Origin: Octopus bimaculoides | Lineage: Eukaryota | Reading direction: 5' to 3' | Assembly (NCBI RefSeq): GCF_001194135.2 | Contig: NC_068982.1 | Span: 108,873,161-108,911,072, forward strand | DNA length: 37,912 bases | Part shown: positions 31,756 through 37,912 of the stretch, piece after piece | Numbering within the stretch: the stretch's first letter is position 1 | Layout of the letters: each line of letters starts with the position of its first letter | Translations under genes and position numbers: made by a program | The notes under the pieces: model-generated | What the model was told of the DNA's origin: nothing | The model's database searches: none | The model's input: only the letters and a program-made list of their open reading frames with translations

Positions 31756-32532
31756 TAGTTATGGTCCCTCTCTGCTGAACCACTTTCTATTGACTTTCTC
31801 ATGTCACTATATATCTCATTCTCCCCATACACTTGTCTTTTTCTCCACTCACTCTTGCAACTGTCCACCCATACGACATCTCTCTTTCTCCCATCTTTCT
31901 GTTTATTCTTTTATTATTCTGCTGCTCTTCACCTTTCTGTACTCTATTGCCAGTGCCCCTGATCTTTCCCTCAACTCCACCATTCACTACATTCCTCTGC
32001 CCTACCCAACCTCTGGTCATCATCTCTCATCCTTTCATTTAACTCGTATTTATCATTGACACCCTTCTGCCTCGATCCTTGTTCATTTAGTATATTCACA
32101 CCATGATGCCATTTCTAACTTACCCCTCTTTCTCTCCATATATTCTTGCAATCTCTACCCATGAAAATTTTGGCTCCAGGTCCACCTCATCACCATTATC
32201 ATTTCTGTATCCAGTTACAGATTAATTACTCACCCCAATTTCTGTATAGTATGAGCAGTCTTGTATCTCCTCCACAGCAAGACAATTGTTCTAGTTCCTT
32301 CCTTCATACTCTAACTTTTCACCAACTAACATAAAACTGTTTCCCCTCTCCATTGTAGTCCTTTTCAGTTCAACAAAATCTTAGTCTTGTCAGCTACATG
32401 GTGAATTCACTAGGATTGGTGGCACTAAAATAGCTCCGTCCTCAGACTGCATCATGCTCCTGTGTCAAATCATTCAAACCTGGCCAACATGGAAGACAGA
32501 AGTTAAAAGATGAGGATGTATATGTATGTATT

Positions 32533-32559
<27 letters not shown>

Positions 32560-32565
<6 letters not shown>

Positions 32566-32722
32566 GTGCAGGCATGATGAGGTATAGGCATAGGTGCAGC
32601 TGTATCTTTTTATAGTTGAAAAGGTTCCTGCCTAACCATATGATCTTGGGTCCAGTCCCACTGCATAACATCTTGGGCATGTGCCTTCTACTTTACATCC
32701 AGGCTGACCAAAGCCTTTGTAA
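32560..32722 (+). mobile_element. SINE head A copy
   Basis: GGGTCCAGTCCCACTGCATAACATCTTGGGCATGTGCCTTCTA. Confidence 0.65.
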
Positions 32723-33064
32723 TATAAAAACCTTAAGGTGACATGCTGGCAGAATCATTAAAGCACTGTTGATGTTATTTAGCTCCTGGTCAGCTTCAAT
32801 CAAGCAGAGATGATCAAAGGCATTCAGACATAGTATGCTTCATAGATTATCCAATCTCCTTTTTAAAAAATGCAGTATAATTCTTTTACTCACTGGTTTC
32901 AGTTTCAGTTTCAGTCATAGGATGGCAACTATACTGGGATACCCACTTCAAAGGTTTTGTTGATTATATCAACCCCAAGCACTTTGGTACTTAATTTGTT
33001 TGACAAATGAAACATAAAGGCAAAAAATGGGCTTTTATCTAAAGAGAGGTAACTCAGTTGGACT

Positions 33065-33343
33065 TTGCCAGTGCCGCCGAACTGGCTCCTGTGCAGGTGG
33101 CACGTAAAATACACCATTTTGAGTGTGGCCATTGCCAGTACCGCCTGACTGGCCTTCGTGCCGGTGGCACATAAAAGCACTCACTACACTCTCGGAGTGG
33201 TTGGCGTTAGGAAGGGCATCCAGCTGTAGAAACTCTGCCAAATCAGATTGGAGCCTGGTGTAGCCATCTGATTTCACCAGTCCTCAGTCAAATCGTCCAA
33301 CCCATGCTAGCATGGAAAGCGGAAGTTAAACGACGATGATGAT
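33065..33343 (+). mobile_element. Young RTE 3'-end repeat
   Basis: Consensus match. Confidence 0.85.
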
Positions 33344-34160
33344 TTTCACTTTATGCTGATATAAACACACACATACACACTCTCATGATGTGTATCCACT
33401 TATTTTCTGTTGACTTAACTCACAAACTATTGGTAAACTTGAGACCATGGTAGAAAGCATCCGAAGTGCTTTTAAATGAGATCAAACCTCTGAATATATG
33501 GTTACTTAGTGAACTTCTTAACCTGATGACTATGAAGCGGTGATTTGAAACTTTTAGTTGCTATTTACTGTAAGCTAACCAGACACAAAGAGACTCTTGT
33601 CTTATTAAATAATGATGTTGTTTAACCCTAGGTTAAGTCTCATCAACTAGACTTATAATGGAAAACATTTCAGGCATAACCAAACTGCCTTTGGGGTTAT
33701 CAATGACATTATATATAATGTATTCTTCACTTTTACCCTTTTCTTTTTTTTACGATGGTATGAAGTGAGTTATTTGGCTGCTATTTTTAGCAGGATGAAT
33801 GGCCATGCAAAATCTCCTGTATTGGGCTTGTCAATAAAGATGCAAGCACTGATGAGAAAAAGAACAATTTTAACTTATATTATAAAGAGCTGGGTTACAG
33901 ATTTATTCAGTCTGCCATTTGGTACCCCTAAGTGGATTATGATAATGTCAGGATGAAGATTTACTTTTGAAAAAAACTATAAATTAAAATACAATGCAGC
34001 TTCTAAAATATGTAAGAAACATAATGCAACAAATTGGCATGAAAAAAAGAATATGAGATTAATATATTACAGCTTTTAATTTCACCCTTCTTCCTACTTC
34101 AGTTAAAATAAGCCAGAAGTCAGTTGTATTTTATTACTCTAGGGTCAATAAAATATGTAC

Positions 34161-34211
34161 CTGTAATATACCAAGGTTGATTCACTTGACTATGAAAATT
34201 AATCTTCATAT
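34161..34211 (-). CDS. Candidate internal exon of an unidentified convergent gene: (x)MKINFHSQVNQPWYIT
   Basis: Minus strand gtttctttttgccag|51 nt|gtacat. Only the phase 1-1 frame is open. Confidence 0.35.
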
Positions 34212-34823
34212 CTGGCAAAAAGAAACCAATATTCAACCAACTTGTACTGTTGACAGTAATTTAAAACTTTAGATCTGGTTTAGTAAATGTTGATTTTATT
34301 TTGCTAGCAGAGAAATGCAGTTAAGAATGTTAGGAGAAATCATATCTGTTTTGAGTAAACAGTTACTTGGTTTCATTCAAAGATTATTTATAGATATGAT
34401 CTGTTTATGGGGATTTATAAGAAATCAATGTTATTAAAGTAGATCAAAATAAGAAGACTTTCTTCAGTAGAGTAAAGGAAGTAAGCAAATTTAAGTAGTC
34501 TCAATTGATTGGGGAAGTGCACATTTGTGCTGCAGCTGTTGTTGCTATTAACACAAGAAACACAATTGTATTTAGAATGTAGTTTGTAAACAAAACTAAA
34601 ATAATCAACTTGCATTATACTGTGCTTGAGTATAACTTATAACCAATTGATGGCAAAAATATCTGTTAGTTCTTAAATATCTAAGAAGTCTATAAAATTC
34701 ACAACAACCATTCTGCACTAGAAAATTCAAGATTTATGCCTGAACCTTCACTTGAAATACTGTTACATAGAACTTGAAATACTGTTACATAGAACTATGT
34801 CTGAATATATATATATATGTATA

Positions 34824-35500
34824 TCATCATTTAGCATCCGCCTTCTATGCTGGCATGGGTGGGATGGTTTGACAAGAGCCAGCCAGGCAGAAGCCTGCAT
34901 CAGACTTCTGTAACTGTTTTGGCAGGATTTTTTCAGCTGGATGCCCTTACTAACACCAACCACTCAGCAGAGTGGACTTAGTGCTTTTTATGTGGCACAA
35001 GCACAGCTGAGGTCAGTTTTGGCAAGAATTTTGCAGCTGGATGCCCTTCCAAACACCAACTACTTTACAGTGTGGACTGGGTGCTTTTAAGTGGCACTTG
35101 CACTCACAGGGTCACCAAGTACTTGCAAGACAAAAAACAAACTCTTTTGGGAGGGGAGGGGGCATTGGAGAAGGTGCTCTTGTATTGGATAATGAAAAGT
35201 GATAGTGAAGCAGAGAGACAGAAGAAGGTGTCTTGCTGTAGAGGAGGTACTAGGTTACCTGGTCCAAGAGAGAGAGAACAGGAATGAAGACAGAAACAGG
35301 TGCACTGCTGCAATGGAAATACGCGGTTACCCAACCTGATGGAAGTGCAGGAGAAGAGATAGACAGTGGGAGGCAGCAGGATAGAGATGGTAGCAAAGTG
35401 CTGGGCATACTCACAAGGAATGGGGATCAGAATATAAATGGGATGATTGAGTAAAGGAAGAGAGAGATATAGATGGTGATAAGTGCCAGGGCATACCCTT
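34824..35500 (-). mobile_element. Old-subfamily RTE-tailed repeat with duplicated core
   Basis: Tail at 34824. CAGCTGGATGCCCTT occurs twice (near 34935 and 35035); the purine-rich upstream part resembles 14592-15010. Confidence 0.6.
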
Positions 35501-35589
35501 GAGGTTCGAACTCCATTATAAAAGTGGCAGGATATTGCCAACGGCTATTCTGTGTGTTCATCTGATCCTGGCAGAAATTTTTCTCATCT

Positions 35590-36172
35590 GAGAAAACCTG
35601 AATATATCATTTGCATCACAGGACTCCAGCAGTTTTGTTCCCTCCTCATTGCGGGAACCAAATCCACAGCCACCATGTACACCATGTTGTCCAACATACC
35701 CATTGAAGTCGTCAGCCACAAAGAGAAGGTCCCTGTCATTCATTGACGAGGTGGTCTGCAAGAGGTTGTCATAAAACTGGTCTTTTTGTCTATCAGGTAG
35801 CCCTGACTGAGGGGCATAGGCCAAGATAATGATTGCTAATCCATGTTGCAGCACCAATCTAATCTTAAGTATTCTATCACAGACTCTGACTACCTCGATT
35901 ACCTTATCAGCCCATTTCTCTGCAAGATGCCCACACCCTCAACCCCATTTGTTCCCTACCCAGAAAATCTTATATCTATGTTCTTTGCCTGTGAGGAACC
36001 TAGCAGAACTTCCTCTCCACCTTTTTTCTTGGATGCAGCACAAATCTAGATGTCTCCGTTCAAGCATCGCAACAATCTCACCAGATCTACCTTTCAATGT
36101 GCCAACATTAAGTGAACCAACTCGGAAGGTGTGGGCCCGTGAGACCCTGGGATAGGAGGACAGCAGCATCAT
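35590..36172 (-). mobile_element. RTE-clade LINE AP-endonuclease (5') remnant
   Basis: RVGSLNVGTLKGRSGEIV, DLCCIQEKRWRGSSAR, AYAPQSGL, LFVADDFNGYVG and GFGSRNEEGTKLLE are typical APE motifs; frameshifted. Confidence 0.88.
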
Positions 36173-36485
36173 GTACCTGAAAAGAAAGCTCGCATTTGGC
36201 AGAATTCATAAACATACAATGGCCTTCAACCTGCATATACTACACCATCAGTTTATGCACTGCATAATCACTACATTCCATAGGAGATAAACACTAAGTA
36301 GCATTTAAGTCACTGGAGGTGTTCAGAGGAAAGACGTCTGATAGAGGTCAGAGGATAAAGACTTCTGGTATAGGTGGCGGTGGTGGGATGGGTGAGCACA
36401 CCGTGAAACAGCAAACACTCTGGCTGTTGGTGTGAAAGAATAACAACAACAACAACAACAGCAATAATAATAATAATAATAATAA

Positions 36486-37040
36486 ATGCCCTGATGCAGT
36501 ACCAGGCAGTGGCTCTCATGGCTTCTGATATTAATTGATTGGAAGTGTTATCATGTACATTGTTTTGTTTTGGTATAAAATATGGGCTACAGCAAATATT
36601 CTGTTCAATACCACAGATTTGCTTGTCAGTTGCTTGACCGTAACCAGTTGAGCATGTCTCTTAGTGGCTGACGATATGTGCATCTCTGATCACGAGCAGA
36701 AGTAGTGCGGGACCATCATAGCATGTGTTGAGAGGAGTTCTTTGGGGTTTGAATAATTCACCTTTGGAAACATGAGTATTTTGCTCAACATCCTTAAACA
36801 AACCTTATTCAGGGACCTTTTGAGTGGGATGGGCTACTCGACCTGAAAAAAATTCTAACTGTGTCCCACCTGCGAGGTCATGCGCTGTTTATCTTGATAT
36901 GAGACCACTATGTCATGCACATATGGTTGTGATGCATGTGCCTAGTGTACCCTTATAAGACGGGTAGTCATGATGGGTATACTGGGCTTCATATATTTTA
37001 CCCCAGTGTCACTTTGATGGCATGCACTGCTCTCTCACTC

Positions 37041-37076
<36 letters not shown>

Positions 37077-37091
37077 AACAATAATAATAAT
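36486..37091 (+). mobile_element. ~555-bp element embedded in (AAT)n, probable non-LTR 3' end
   Basis: Complex sequence bounded by (AAT)n at 36463-36485 and 37041-37091; no ORF. Confidence 0.55.
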
Positions 37092-37286
37092 GAGATAGAA
37101 TTGGACATTTGCATTCTTAAGTAGAGCTATAACCAACAGTTTTTAGTCAGCCAAACTGTGATAAAACTAGATAAATGAATAGCAATAATAAATGAGCGTG
37201 AAAGAGAGAGAGAAGGGAGAAAGAGGGAGAATTGGATTGCATGTAGAGATCTTAAGTTTTCTCTAACATACGGCATGTATATATAT

Positions 37287-37912
37287 ATCATCATCATCAT
37301 CATCGTTTAACGTCCGCTTTCCATGCTAGCATGGGCTGGACGATTTGACTGAGGACTGGTGAAACCAGATGGCTACATCAGGCTCCAATCTGATTTGGCA
37401 GAGTTTCTACAGCTGGATGCCCTTCCTAACGCCAACCACTCAGAGAGTGTAGTGGGTGCTTTTACGTGTCACCCGCACGAAGGCCAGTCAGGCGGTACTG
37501 GCAATGGCCACGCTCAAAATGATGCATTTTATGTGCCACCCGCACAAGAGCCAGCCAGGCGGCACTGGCAACGGTCACGCTCAAAATGGTGCATTTCATG
37601 TGTCACCCGCACAAGAGCCAGCCCAGGTGCACTGGCAACGATCTCACTCGAAAATCCTACGACGGCCCCGCACAAGAGCCAGTCCAGGGGCACCGGCAAC
37701 GATCCCACTTGAAGGTCCATACACATGCTGCGGGCACAAGTGCCAGAAAGGCGACGCTGGGCACAGGTGCCATTTCGATTTCGCTTGCCCCAATAAGTCT
37801 TCGCAAGCTGAGTTTCGTGTCCAATGAAGGAGACGGCGTTGGCATTGGTGCCAGTCATCAAATTTAACTCGATTTCGATTTCACTTGCCTCAACAGGTCT
37901 TCGCAAATGGAA
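37287..37912 (-). mobile_element. Longest young RTE 3'-UTR copy (four internal units), runs off the window
   Basis: Consensus tail. GTGTCCAATGAAGG at 37817-37830 is the reverse complement of 10137-10150. Confidence 0.88.

Noticed and set aside
33965-34002. AG...GT-bounded 38-nt minus segment as a linking exon
   Set aside because: It has an in-frame TAG in the required phase.
28222-34211. Cathepsin Z as the convergent neighbour (vertebrate synteny)
   Set aside because: The candidate peptides do not resemble the CTSZ C-terminus.
34490-34600. Signal-peptide-like minus frame IVFLVLIATTAAAQMC
   Set aside because: No start codon, no good donor, and the phase does not fit the 34161-34211 exon.
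37466-37760. Tandem ~65-bp units as a CRISPR-like array
   Set aside because: No unique spacers, no cas genes, eukaryotic context, and the units are internal to a dispersed retroelement.

Overview
AT-rich, repeat-dense animal genomic DNA, not prokaryotic. The repeat families resemble those of octopus (coleoid cephalopod); this is an inference from pattern recall. The main feature is a spliced + strand gene for negative elongation factor C/D (NELFCD/TH1L). I reconstructed 14 GT-AG coding exons from 659 to the stop at 26846, giving 522 aa in frame; the 5' exons lie upstream of the window. The six-frame ORF track almost entirely misses this gene, and most of its ORFs are repeat- or gap-derived. 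The introns and the 3' flank hold about 20 copies of an RTE-clade LINE 3' end with (GAT)n tails, two internally deleted RTE bodies, several modular tRNA-headed SINE families, three mariner derivatives, two TTAA-flanked MITEs, a Helitron-like element, an (AAT)n-embedded element and four N gaps. The most notable observations are: a ~100-bp piece of the NELFCD 3' region copied into a SINE in the gene's own intron; a mariner with ~165-bp terminal inverted repeats; near-identical inverted repeats bracketing exons; and candidate exons of an unidentified convergent minus-strand gene. I found no clearly new biological system.
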